From: Octopus vulgaris
Lineage: Eukaryota
Direction: 5' to 3'
DNA: 64,000 nucleotides
NCBI GenBank assembly: GCA_951406725.2
Contig: OX597824.1
Coordinates: 69,626,001 to 69,690,000 of the forward strand
Notes under the pieces: generated by a model
Told to the model about the DNA's origin: nothing
The model's input: only the letters and a program-made list of their open reading frames with translations
The model's database searches: none
Program-made: the position numbers and the translations under genes
In this document: in pieces, positions 41,841 to 55,293 of the stretch
Layout: every line of letters starts with the position of its first letter
Position numbering within the stretch: the first letter of the stretch is position 1

Positions 41841-42173
41841 TCACCTGAATATTGATTATAAATACCTTTTTAGATTTTTATAGTTGTTTTTATCTATTTA
41901 TAGTTGTTTGATCGTATTTTATTTTTAATAAATATTTATTATCTGTAAATTTTCTTTGTTACCTTTCATATGTCGTGTTTGTTTTACATTTACATTTCCT
42001 TTTCAATGAAAAATTACATTAGCATAAAAGTACCTTAAATGGTACCTAATTGATCAACACGTGGTCTATGAATAGGCATACGTATAAGCATGTGTGCGGG
42101 TGTATATTAACATGTATGGATTTGTGTGCTTCTGTCTGTGAGTTTGTGTATGTGTATGCATGTGTGTGTGTGT

Positions 42174-42243
<70 letters not shown>

Positions 42244-42798
42244 GTGTGTGTGTTTACATAACGAGTAGTAAAAAATGGTTTCTACCACTGAGCATTTTGC
42301 ATGCACGCATCTACACACTTAAAATATACACACAAATGCGTGGGCAATGATGAAATTTCTAAATAGTCTCTCGATCTGCTAGACATAACTACTAAATCGC
42401 CCTTTAACCTCGCCTAATCATATCAGTAAAAGGAAAGGACATAGAAGACAGTAGTCTCAGATATACTGCCAGAAGAAAAAAAAAATGATGAGGTGGTCTT
42501 AGCTAGATCCTTCTTTGACCAAAAGTCTGCAAAATTTGAGCTGGTATGAGGTTACACAAAAGCCTTACATAAAAGCAATGGTAACGTTTACTCGATTTGC
42601 TTCAAATAACAGCCCAAGAGTCCATCACATCCTTCCTTCCATGAGCTGTTATGTTTAAGAACTCCTGGTGACGGCTTCTACGAGTCCCTATACGCTTTTC
42701 ACATGCCCTCTTCTGTTCCCTTCCGTTGTTACTTACAAGGCACCATCATGTCGTCTATAGCCAACACTTAAAGAGCGACAGAAATAGAATGAGAAATA

Positions 42799-42874
<76 letters not shown>

Positions 42875-42931
42875 CATAGATCACCTTAATAAAAGCAAAT
42901 TTGGGGCTTGGTAGCATGAGTTTAGCAGAGG

Positions 42932-42967
<36 letters not shown>

Positions 42968-43174
42968 ATCCACAAAGGTAAATGTTTATTATTTAAAGTA
43001 AATACATGTATCGTTGTTTATATATGTATGTGTGTGTGTCTGAGTGTGTGTGTGTGTGCGTGTGTGCGTGTGTGTGTGAGTATGTATGTATGTATGTATG
43101 TATGAATGTGTGTGCGTACATGTACTTCGTGTGTTTATGCTGTGTTTCCTGTCTTTCTTGTAAAGTAAAAGTAT

Positions 43175-43233
<59 letters not shown>

Positions 43234-43328
43234 GGAAGCTTTATGAAAATAAACAAAAGACGAAGGCAGGTGGAAAACAAACGAACAATTGTATTAGTAT
43301 GGCGCTCAGGAAATATAAATAAAACAAG

Positions 43329-43366
43329 TCTTTAACGTTTCGAGCCTACGCTCTTCAACAGAAAGA
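43329..43366 (-). ncRNA. Minimal hammerhead-like motif with a variant core
   Basis: TCTTT-CTGTTGA-A-GAGC-gtag-GCTC-GAA-ACGT-T-AAAGA: perfect stems I and II; A6>U relative to CUGANGA. Confidence 0.6.
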
Positions 43367-44267
43367 TACACAGAGAGAAAAAACACAGAAAGAAGGAGAG
43401 AAAAAAATGCGTGCAGTAGCTAACGAATCAACATGGCGATCTGATTTCGGCCAGAGGTCAAAGATCAAACATGAGACGCGAGAGCGAAATAAGGGGAGAT
43501 AATAGGGTTGATAAATGGGTTGAGGGACCAGCTAAAAGTGCGTGGGAGGGGTCTGGATGTGTGTATGTATAGGGTTGGTGTATGTATTAGTATGTATAAG
43601 GGTGTGTGTGTGTGTGTGTGTGTGTGTATGAGAGAGTATTAGTGCGTAAGATTGGTCTGGACGTGCGTATGTATGGGGTTGGTGTATGTATTAGTATGTA
43701 TTAGTATGTATTAGTACGTATTGGTATGTATAGGTGTGTGTGTGTGTGAGAGAGAGAGTATAAGTGCGTATGCGGGGTCTGGACGTGTGTATGTATAGGG
43801 TTGGTGTAAGTATTAGTATGTACTAGTATGTATTAGTACGTATTAGTATGTATTAGTTGGTGTGTGTATTAGTATGGCACATCATATGTGATGTGATGTG
43901 TAAAGTCATGTGGTGTAGTGAGGAGAAGAGGGGGAGGGGGAGAAGAGGGGGAGAGAAGGGGAGGGGGAGAAGGGGGAGAAGGGGGAGAGGAGAGGATGGG
44001 GGAGAGGAGAGGATGGGGGAGAAGGGGGAGAGGAGAGGATGGGGGGAGAAGGAAGGGGATGAGGGGGATGAAGGAGGAAAGAGGGAGAGGGGGAGAGAGA
44101 AGGGGAGAGAGGGAGTGAGGGAGCAGAGGGAAGGGGAAGAGGGAGGGAGAAAGAGGGAAGAAGGGAAGGGGAGTAGGGGTGAAAGGATGAAGGACTGAAG
44201 AAGTAGGGGTCGGGGGAGAAAGGATAGGTGAGGAGGGGGGAGAGGGGGGTTAGATGAGGAGGGGGGA

Positions 44268-44602
44268 GAGTTGAGACCAAATGGCGTATAAGAGCGAAGA
44301 GAGAAGATTAATTCCTGTTCACGGCGCAAACGGGAATCCGGATGGCCTCTGTGTAAGGACAAACCGAACACAGATAGGTGTTGCAAGGAGTGACCGGTGG
44401 AGCGGAAATGGCGTGAGACCGGTGTGTCGTTCGCAAGGTGGATGTCACGAAGGTGTTCCGCGAACCGGTCAGCCAAGCGGCGTCCCGTTTGTCCGATGTA
44501 CAAGGAATTGCAGAGAGAGCAAGAGATGCAATAGATAATATTGCTGGAGGTGCAGGTGAAGGAGTGGATGATGGGATAGGGTCGATGGTGGGTGCTAGTG
44601 AG
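44268..44602 (-). pseudogene. PLE GIY-YIG endonuclease domain (Neptune-like), 5'-truncated
   Basis: Open frame HSFTCTSSNIIYCISCSLCNSLYIGQTGRRLADRFAEH..VSRHF..GHS..RLRREQELIFSLRSYTPFGLN. Confidence 0.9.
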
Positions 44603-44622
44603 GCGGTGGTGTTGGAGAGGTA

Positions 44623-44684
<62 letters not shown>

Positions 44685-45424
44685 TGTATTTTACATTGTT
44701 AAAAGGATTCACGCAAGCACAAACATGCATACACATATACACCCAAATCACGCCAATTCACAATTATATATTTTAAAAATCTTTTCGACATCATCATCAT
44801 CATCTACAACAACAACACAAACGATCACCAGCATCTAATGAAATATCGGCTGATATATTTACTGCTTGGTACAATAATACATGAAACAACAACACCTACC
44901 ACCACCACCACCACTATCAAGAAAAATAACTACAGCCCCCCAACCGCCATCACACTCCAACCGCCATCACTACTATAATTCCGACAACTACCACTGCCGA
45001 CACCACCAATACCACGGCCCTCCACCACTTTCATCACCACCATCTGCATCACCATAACTACCACCGCCAACAACATCAACAGTAGAACCCACTACCACGA
45101 CGACGACGACCACCACCACCACCATCACTAAAACGTAGTACAATCGTTTGAGCGATCGTTCAAATCTTGCAATCATGGTTCAGTGAACACATTAGTATTA
45201 GAGCGGATCATCTCAATGAATGGATCAAGAGAGAGGGAGAGCGAGAGAAGGAGAGAAAGAAAGACAGAAAGAAAGGAGCAAACCAATTACGTGATACACT
45301 TTATACAGGATTTCTTTGACACGGCTATTTACCTAGAGCAATACCAGTCTTCTTAACTACTCACTTAACATAGAAACACTCATCAAAACAAATTAACAAA
45401 CAGCAAATACGAAATATAAATATA

Positions 45425-46275
45425 TTGGTTTCATATTTTGGTGCAAGGCCAGCAATATTGAGGGAGGAGCTAAGTCGATTACATCGACCCCAGTAATCCA
45501 CTGGTACTTATTCTATCGATCCCAAGAGCATGAAAGGCAAAGTCAACCTCGGTTGTATTTGAGCTCAGAACATGAAGACGGACGAAATGCCGCTAATCGT
45601 TTTGTCGCGTGTACAGACAACTCTGCCAGCTTGCAGCCTTGGTGGGCTTGAATAATCCTTTCAACGATAGGCACAAGGTCTGGAATTTGTGGGAAGCGTG
45701 ATAGTTGATTACATCGACCCCAGTACTTGATTGGTAATTAATTTATCGACCCTGAAAGGATGAGAGGTAAAGTCTACCTCAACAGAATTTGAACCCAGAA
45801 CCTAGCGGCAGATGAAATACCTATTTCTTTACTACCCATTTCTTTACTACCCACAAGGGGCTAAACACAGAGAGGAAAAACAAGGACAGACAAACGGATT
45901 AAGTCGATTATATCGACCCCAGTGCGTAACTGGTACTTAATTTATCGACCCCGATATGATGAAAGGCAAAGTCGACCTCGACGGAATTTGAACTCAGAAC
46001 GTAACGGCAGACGAAATACCGCTAAGTATTTCGCCCGGCGTGTTAACGATTCTTATTTCTTTATTGCCCACAAGGAGCTAAACATAGATGGGACAAACAA
46101 AGACAGACAAAGGGATTAAGTCGATTTACATCGAACCCAGTGCGTAACTGGTACTTAATTTATCGACCCCGAAAGGGATGAAAGGCAAAATCCACCTCAG
46201 CGGAATTTGAACAGACGAAATTCTGCTAAGCATTTCGCCCGGCGTGTTAACGATTCTGCCAACTCGCTGCCTTGG
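45425..46275 (-). mobile_element. SINE family A array (4-5 copies)
   Basis: Repeated consensus blocks. Confidence 0.85.
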
Positions 46276-47408
46276 CGGATTTATTAATACAACTGTAATT
46301 GTTTAGTCTTAGATCAGACCTGTTTACTGAAACAGCAAGTCAATGATCAAAGGGATAACCAGCTCTTCCGTTTTCAGTTTTCCGGGGAGTTTGGTGGGGG
46401 GGGGAGGTCCTCTCGAATTAAATGTTTCTAGAAATTCATTAATTAATTTATCTTTTTTTTTTAATTGCCTGTTGGGATTTAAGGAAGATCCTCCGACTCT
46501 TTCTCGCACATCGAACGACTACATAGAAGCGTCCCCGTTGTTCAAATGGCTATAGTAACTATTGCATAGTCGCACGTCAACCCTGATCAAAGTATGACAG
46601 TTCCATGTCAAATATAAAACTCTTCATCAAATCAAAGATTAATTGTGTGAAAAGACAACGGCGAAGGATCTTTTGTTTAGTGTCCAAGTGGGGAGAAGAA
46701 AATCACTTTTGGGCGACCAACCTTATTTAACGGACAGGACAGGCCAGAGGTAATAAATATCACGCTGATTCATACCTGGGCTCGAGAACTGCAACCACCA
46801 ACGCCAACACCACCACCAACACCAGCTCACATTCCTTCAGCAACATCTCTCGTTAAATAACTACAATAACAACAATATAGAAATAAATACATCAAAAAAG
46901 CCAAAAGAGCACTCGCAAGGAGATGATGTCATTTTGTCCCGTACGTTTGCGTTATCGATTCACTGTGTTAACAACCACTTCTTTATCTCACAAAATACTG
47001 AAGTTTCAGCATCCAGCGATGATTTGCTGAATCAATAGTAACAGATCGATAATAAATCAATGCTATTATTACATGAAGAGCTCACTGGTAACGTACCACT
47101 TCTACTCATGCCCTACCGATTCCTTTTTACCACCATTTTCCCCAAAATGTTCTCCATCGACGAAGAGAGATGTTGATGAACGTCTCGTGTCTTTTATTCA
47201 GAACAGACAAGACTCAAGAATCCCCAACTCTCTCCTCATCTCTCTCTCCGCTTTCTCTCCTCCCCCTCTCTCTCCTCCCCCTCTCTCCTCTGTTTCCTCA
47301 CCCTCTCACTCTCTCTCTCTCCCTCGCTATGTTATTCTCTCTTTCTCTCGAAAGATTTTGTTAGAAACGTCACAAACTTCTTGTCACAGTACTTAACTTA
47401 AATTTTAC

Positions 47409-47447
<39 letters not shown>

Positions 47448-47493
47448 CACACACACATGCACGCATACACACACACACATGTATGTGTATGTG

Positions 47494-47540
<47 letters not shown>

Positions 47541-47593
47541 CATGTATATATACATATATATATATATATACTTATATGTGTGTGTATGTTTGT

Positions 47594-47873
47594 GAAGGCG
47601 CAATGGCCCAGTGGTTAGGGCAGCGGACACGCGGTCATTGGATCGCGGTTTCGATTCCCCGACCGGGTGTTGTGAGTGTTTATTTAGCAAAAACACCTAA
47701 AGCCCCACGAGGCTCCGGTGGGGGTGGTGGCGATCCCTGCTGTACTCTTTCGCCACAACTTTCTTTCACTGTTTCTTCTGTTGGCTCGCTCGCTTAGCCA
47801 GCAGGGTGTCGTCATTTCAAAGGCTAAAACGATGCGAAGCGCATTGTGACCAGCGATGTGTATCAACATCTGA
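47594..47873 (+). mobile_element. SINE family C with a third type of 3' body
   Basis: Head shared with 33944-34316; body GCTAAAACGATGCGAAGCGCATTGTGACCAGCGATGTG. Confidence 0.8.
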
Positions 47874-48056
47874 TACATATACATATACATACATATGTGT
47901 GTGTGTGTGTGTGTGTCAGAGGATAATTTTATAATTTCGTCAAACTGCGCAAAAATAAAAGTAGGACTTCAGCTGGGAGTTGTCAGGTGACACCGATGCG
48001 AAAGGAGAAATAAATTGAAAGGTATTATGAATAAATATACCAATCGGTATTATCAC

Positions 48057-48127
<71 letters not shown>

Positions 48128-48130
<3 letters not shown>

Positions 48131-48223
48131 GACGGGCTTCTTTTAGTTTCAATCTACCAAATCCACTCACAAGGCTTTAGTCGGCACGAGGCTACAGTAG
48201 AAGACACTTGCCCAAGGTGCCAC
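48128..48223 (-). mobile_element. SINE family B fragment
   Basis: CGACGGGCTTCTT..AAGACACTTGCCCAAGGTGCCAC. Confidence 0.8.
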
Positions 48224-48904
48224 ATATATCGATTCACTGTGTTAATAACCACTTCTTTATCTCACAATATATATATATATATATCCGCATACATATATAG
48301 GTAGCATTATATGCATGTGTATAAAGGCTGTTGCATAGTTTTGCCTAAAAGTGCATCTGTGCATGATACTTAGCACCACTAATGAATTATATTTACATAT
48401 ATAATTAATCTTAAGATTAGACGAAGAGAGAAATAAAAAAAAAACTCTCCGATAAACATACTTTAAACATAACATTACAGTAATACGTTTACTTCAGATT
48501 ATTATACACCAACAATGAGCATTACAAAGGCACAGAAAATGTGATTTAGTGTGATTTAGAAGGAATACGTAATATTTTTCGAGGGGCGAAACTGAGGAAT
48601 TAATCCCGCGCTTTCATATCATCATTAACATCACTTTCATCATCCCATCATTATTGTCGTAAGCGATTTATTTGTCGTTCTCGTCACCGTCATCATCATC
48701 ATCATCATCAACGTCATCATCGTCATCATCATCATCATCATCATCATTATTATCTTGATTTAATGTTCATCATTAGCAAGATTATCTTTAATTATCTTCC
48801 TTTATCTTCCTCACACAATCAGAAGTAGATCCTTAAGTTAAGACTCAAATAATTTGTAATCGTTTCAAAACATATTAAAGTATCTCAAAACGGGATACAC
48901 TGAG

Positions 48905-49003
<99 letters not shown>

Positions 49004-49129
49004 GACCTCTCTGTTCGTTTCTGTCACTAAGTAAATTAAACGGAGATTTGGAGGCTGTCATAGGCAAAAGAAGATTAAAAATGATATGATAACGAAAATG
49101 ATAATACTAACAACAATAACAATAATAAT

Positions 49130-49495
49130 AATCCTGTGCCTACTATAGGCACAAGGCCCGAAATTTTTGGTGGCGGCGGGGCTAGTGGATTACATTGACC
49201 CCAGTCCAAAACTGGTACTTATTTCATCGACCCCAAAAGGATAAAAGGCAAAGTCGACCTTGGTGTAATTTGAACGCAGATCGTAAAAACAGACGAAATG
49301 CAAGAGAAGGATAATAATAATCCTTTCTACTATGGGCACAAGGCCTGAAATTTGGCGGGAAGGGGGCTAGTCAATTACATCGACCCCAAAGGCAAAGTTG
49401 ACCTCAGCAGAATTTGAAAGTCAGCACATAGAGACGGGGAGAAATACCGCAATATATTTTTTCGCAGCGTGCTAACCATTTTGGCAGCTCGTTAT
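49130..49495 (-). mobile_element. Two degraded SINE family A-related copies
   Basis: GGCACAAGGCC.GAAATTT and GGCAAAGTCGACCT blocks. Confidence 0.7.
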
Positions 49496-49507
49496 CTGAG
49501 TAATAAC

Positions 49508-49565
<58 letters not shown>

Positions 49566-49568
49566 GTA

Positions 49569-50017
49569 ATATTCTGCTCAATACCACAGATTTGCTTGTC
49601 AGTTGTTTGACCTTAACCAGTTGAGCATGTCCCTTAGTGGCTGACGATATGTGCATGTCTGATCACGAGCAGAAGTGGTGGGGAACATCATAGCCATGTG
49701 TTGAGAGGGATTCTTTGGGTTTGAATAATTCACCTCTAGAAACATGGGTGGTTCTTTCAACATCCTTAAACAACCCTTATTCAAGGACCTTTTGAGCGGG
49801 ATGGGCTACTCAACCTGAAGAAAATTCTAACTGGGCCCCACTTGCAAGGTCATGTGCTGTTTATCTTGATATGAAATCACCATGTCGCGCATCGCACATA
49901 TGGTTGTGATGCATGTGCCTGGTGTACCCTTATCAGACGGGTAGTCATGATGGGTATATTAGGCTTCGTATATTTTACCCCAGTGTCACTTTGATGGCAT
50001 GAACTGCTCTCTCACTC
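49569..50017 (+). mobile_element. Family E repeat, 5'-truncated, within (AAT)n
   Basis: Near-identical to 50638-51084; (AAT)n on both sides. Confidence 0.85.
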
Positions 50018-50066
50018 AATAATAATAATAATAATAATAATGATGATGATAATAATAATAATAATA

Positions 50067-50151
<85 letters not shown>

Positions 50152-50184
50152 TAATGATAATGATAATATTGATGATAATAATAA

Positions 50185-50530
50185 TGCTTTCTAATTGATG
50201 TATCAATACCAGCAGATGACAACGTGTCTCTAAAAGAAATGGAGAAACTTTGAAAATAAGTTACTCGAATGTGGAATCTAAAAACAAACAATTCCTATCA
50301 TAGTGGGCGCATTATGTATGATAAAAATATATTCAAACAAATACATAACAAAAGCACCAGGACTTACAAATATATATAACATACAGAAAATTGCATCTAC
50401 TGGGCACTGCACACATCCATACGCAAAACGCTTTCAATATAGTAACCATCAGAGCATCACAACAAATCACAGCATATATCCAAGGCACACAGTGTTGAAG
50501 TGAAAGCACGCTATAAAAATAAAACTACTG
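50185..50530 (+). mobile_element. R4/Dong-clade non-LTR retrotransposon 3' end (restriction-like endonuclease C-terminus and UTR) within (AAT)n
   Basis: CFLIDVSIPADDNVSLKEMEKL*K..VTRMWNLKT-TIPIIVGAL..IQKIA-LLGTAHILRKTLSI* with frameshifts; AAT repeats on both sides. Confidence 0.85.
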
Positions 50531-50540
50531 AATAATAATA

Positions 50541-51084
50541 AGTACCAGGCAGTGGCTCTCATGGCTTCTTATCTTAACTGATTGGAAGTGTTATCATGTA
50601 CATTGTTTTGTCTTGGTATAAAAGATGGGCTACAGCAAATATTCTGCTCATTACCACAGATTTGCTTGTCAGTTGTTTGACCTTAACCAGTTGAGCATGT
50701 CCCTTAGTGGCTGACGATATGTGCATCTCTGATCACGAGCAGAAGTAGTGGGGGAGCATCATAGCCATGTGTTGAGAGGGATTCTTTAGGGTTTGAATGG
50801 TTCACCTCTGGAAACATGGGTGGTTCTTTCAACATCCTTAAACAACCCTTATTCAGGGACCGTTTGAGCGGGATGGGCTACTCAACCTGAAGAAAATTCT
50901 AACTGGGCCCCACCTGCAAGGTCATGTGCTGTTTATCTTGATATGAGATCACCATGTCGCGCACATATGGTTGTGATGCATGTGCCTGGTGTACCTTTAT
51001 CAGACGGGTAGTCATGATGGGTATATTGGGCTTCGTATATTTTACCCCAGTGTCACTTTGATGGCATGAACTGCTCTCTCACTC
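50541..51084 (+). mobile_element. Family E repeat, longest copy, within (AAT)n
   Basis: Four copies in the window; ends CTCTCTCACTC(AAT)n. Confidence 0.85.
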
Positions 51085-51148
<64 letters not shown>

Positions 51149-51296
51149 GCAATCCTTTCTTCTATAGACACACTGATATTTTGGAGAAGGGGGCTCGTCG
51201 ACTACATCGACTATATATATATATATATGTCTAATAACACAGCACTTGTTCCACGTCCTCGCGTTCTTGTTTTTCTTGCTTGTCCTTGTTTGGATT

Positions 51297-51397
<101 letters not shown>

Positions 51398-51405
51398 CAT
51401 ATATA

Positions 51406-51606
51406 TAAGAGAGTGTTGAAAATTTCCTGGCTTTAAGGGTGTCACGAAAGGCCTAGAGTTCTTTTACATAGCTCAAAAAGAAACTGAAAAACCGCTACAA
51501 TAAGTGTGTGACTCTGAGAGGGGAATATGTTAGATAAAATCATAATTAACTGATCCTCCAGTATTTTCTTTACTCGAAGACAGGATCTTTATGGCACACC
51601 CTCGTA
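51406..51606 (+). mobile_element. Mariner-derived MITE
   Basis: Imperfect TIRs TAAGAGAGTGTTGAAAATTTCCTGGC / TACGAGGGTGTGCCATAAAGATCCTGTC; internal KLKNRYNKCVTLRGEYVR* resembles a mariner C-terminus. Confidence 0.7.
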
Positions 51607-51633
51607 AGAGAACAAAGATACGAAACATGTTCC

Positions 51634-52152
51634 GCGAAATTTTCCCCATGAGAGTTCCGGATCCCAGTAATGAACTCATCTGATTACCGCCAATCAAAGT
51701 TCACCTTGACCTTGTCAAGTTAACAAACACACTCTCCCAAGTAATCTCAAGATGAAGAAAGGTATTGTAAGTCGACCAATCGCAAAGTTATGCCTTATTT
51801 TAGAAGGGAACATTATTATCGGATTTTGCAAGGGCTCCAGACGGTGATGATGTGGATGGGAAAAATGTGGGTAGAGGGTGATGTGCTAGCAACCCTCTTC
51901 CCTTACGTTTTTTTACAAAGTAAGCAACATCAAAAATAACTACGCAGAGGTAACCATGTTTGATACAAGAAGAACAACAAACATTATTAAAGGAGAAAAG
52001 AAGCATGGTCATTCCTTACCTAAGTGACCTTATCTTATCACCCACCACTTGTTATGTGCTCATAAATCAGTTTGATAGCTGAGCTCTGATTGGCTGTATG
52101 CAAATGAGTTCATAACTGGGGTCCGGAACTCTCGTAGGAAGAAAAATTTCGC
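51634..52152. mobile_element. MITE-like element with inverted termini of about 70 bp
   Basis: GCGAAATTTT..GAGAGTTCCGGA.CCCAGT.ATGAACTCAT..CCAATCA on both arms. Confidence 0.7.
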
Positions 52153-52742
52153 TGCCCGCACCCCACCAATAGTTCGACCAAATCATTTTGCTTGCTCGGT
52201 ACTTGGAAGGATGAAAGACAAATTTCAATTCTGCGAGATTTGGACTCAGAACGCAAAGAACTGAGCAAATTTCGGAGGCACCTCGACAGCCGGTCTCCTA
52301 CTTGAATTGAAACATGTTTTTTATTTTCCTTTCTATCTACCACCCAAAGGGTAAAAGCAAAACTAACTTCAACGAGATTTGAACGCAAAGCAAAAAAAAA
52401 AACAAAAAAACAAATAGAGAGTGTGAGAGACAAAGAGTAGATTCTATTCAACGCTCTAATGAGAGTATTTCAGAGTTACCTAATGAATTTTAGTGAAAAT
52501 TGACCGCTCTTTTCAGCAAGCAAAGCGACCGCGTTCGATTTGCCGCGGGTGATTGGCGAATTAAGGGTAAGGTAGATAGAAACAGTTTGAGCCTACTTCG
52601 TTTCTGTTTAATCCATTTGTGAAAATTGTGTTAATCCGGTGTGCAATAGTGAATTATTATTATTATTATTGTTGTTGTTGTTGTTGTGGTCGTCGCTGTG
52701 ATTAAGAAACAATTACTACTAAAAAAAACTCATCAACAGCAC

Positions 52743-52785
<43 letters not shown>

Positions 52786-52996
52786 TTTTAGTAGTTTATC
52801 TGCTTTAAGACGACAAACTGATGTGAAAATGCTTATGTTTCGCTTCGGTGAGCATATTGTAAATATGTGAGTTTGAATCAATTTGACGTAAAACGGGATA
52901 GAGTGAGAGGAGAAGGATAAGTAAGAGACGGAGTGATACAGATGCATACACATACATACATACATACATACATACATACATACATACATACATACA

Positions 52997-53030
<34 letters not shown>

Positions 53031-53034
53031 CACA

Positions 53035-53098
<64 letters not shown>

Positions 53099-53146
53099 AG
53101 GAAAATATTTTCCTTACGCATATCAACTCGTGTGTTACTTTGCAGC

Positions 53147-53187
<41 letters not shown>

Positions 53188-53222
53188 ATACATATGTGTA
53201 TATCTATATATCTATATATCCA

Positions 53223-53340
<118 letters not shown>

Positions 53341-53528
53341 TGTATATACGTTTCTGTGCCTTGCGTATACGTATATACATACATTTGACTGCGTTTTACG
53401 TTGAATTGCAAGTAATGTAATTAATGTTTAATATACCCCCATATATGATAAACACCTTTATATAATGATTTATATATGTATGTATGTATATATATATATG
53501 CATGTGTATATAACTATATAGGTGTGTA

Positions 53529-53597
<69 letters not shown>

Positions 53598-53626
53598 GTA
53601 TATATATGTATATATGTATATATGTA

Positions 53627-53683
<57 letters not shown>

Positions 53684-54053
53684 AGTATATATGGATATAT
53701 ATGTGTGTATATATTAATATATACGCATAAATATATTATATATACACACACACATAAATGTATATATATATATATACAGAGGGAGAGAGGGGGTGAATGA
53801 GAGAGGGGGGAAGAGGTGTGGAAGAGGAATGTAAGAAATAAAGGCAAGTTGGAATCGAGAGAAAGAAGTGTGTGTGTGTGTGTGTGTGCGAGAGAGAGAG
53901 AGGAGAGAGAGAAAGAAAGAAAGAAAGGAAGGAAGAAAGAAAGGAAGAAAGAAAGAAAGAAAGAAGGAAAGAAAGGAAAAAGAAAGAAAGAGATGAAGAA
54001 GCTGACGTTGAGAGTAAATTGACTGTTATTGACTTCTGTGATAGCTTTCAGAT

Positions 54054-54084
<31 letters not shown>

Positions 54085-54411
54085 GTGTGTGTGTGTGTGT
54101 ATGCGTGAGAGAGAGAGAGACGGGGGCGTTGCCGTATGTACAGTATGTGTAGCTAAGGATGAGGATAAGGGTGGTGGTGGTGGTGTGGTGGTGTTAATGA
54201 ACATCAATCAACTGTATCGTCGTCTCTCTCTCGTCATTATCGTCATCGTCAGCAAGTTCATAACAACCACCTTCACCACCAACGCCATCATCACCACCAC
54301 CACCACCACCACCATCACCACTACCACCATCACCACCGTCATCATCGTCGTCATAGTAATCATCATCATCATCGTCAACATCGTCATCGTCATCGTCGTC
54401 GTCACCATCAC

Positions 54412-54442
<31 letters not shown>

Positions 54443-54864
54443 GTCGTCGTCGTAATCGCCATCATCATCATCATCATCATAATCATCATCATCGTCGTCG
54501 TCGTCGTCGTTGTCGTCATCATCATCATCATCATCAGCGCTACCACTACAACCACCATCATAATCGTCGTCGTTGTCGTTATGGTGATTAAGCTTGAAAG
54601 ATTGACAAAGTAAAAATTCGTACAGTCAGTCACAAGAGACAGTACAGTACAGTACAGTACGTACATTATTCAATACGCCCTCGAAGCCGTGCAGCCATGT
54701 AGGGTTAATTTCTACCGTTACCATAGCTGAGTTTCAGAGGCCTAGCTGTGTCTGTTATATTAGATACTGTGACCAAATCAGCCTTATCAGAGGGCACAAA
54801 ACGCATAAAAATGGGCCAAGAGTACAAATACGAGTATATGAACAGAAAGAAAGAAAAAAAATCA

Positions 54865-55025
54865 TCGTAGGAGTGGCTGTGTGGTAAGTAGCTTGCTTAC
54901 CAACCATATGGTTCCGGGTTCAGTCCCACTGCGTGGCACCTTCGGCAAGTGTCTTCTACTATAGCCTCGGGCCGACCAAAGCTTTTCGAGTGGATTTGTT
55001 ACACGGAAACTAAAAGAAGTCTGTC

Positions 55026-55069
<44 letters not shown>

Positions 55070-55293
55070 GTATGTGTGAGTATATGTTTGTGTGTCTGTG
55101 TTTGTCCCCCCAACGTCGCTTGACAACCGATGCTGGTGTGTTTATGTCTCCGTAACTTAGCAGTTCGGCAAAAGAGAACGATAGAATAAGTACTAGGCTT
55201 ACAAAGAATAAGTCCTGGGGTCGATTTGCTCGACTAAAGGCGGTGCTCCGGCATGGCCACTGAAACAAGTAAAAGAGTAAAAAGAGTAAAGAG
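54865..55293 (+). mobile_element. SINE family B, full length
   Basis: Consensus match. Confidence 0.88.

Larger units (their letters stand above)
43230..44620 (-). mobile_element. Penelope-like element 3' part (endonuclease remnant, C/T-rich UTR, terminal repeat), flanked by (TA)n
   Basis: GIY-YIG domain plus downstream hammerhead-like motif on the same strand. Confidence 0.85.
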
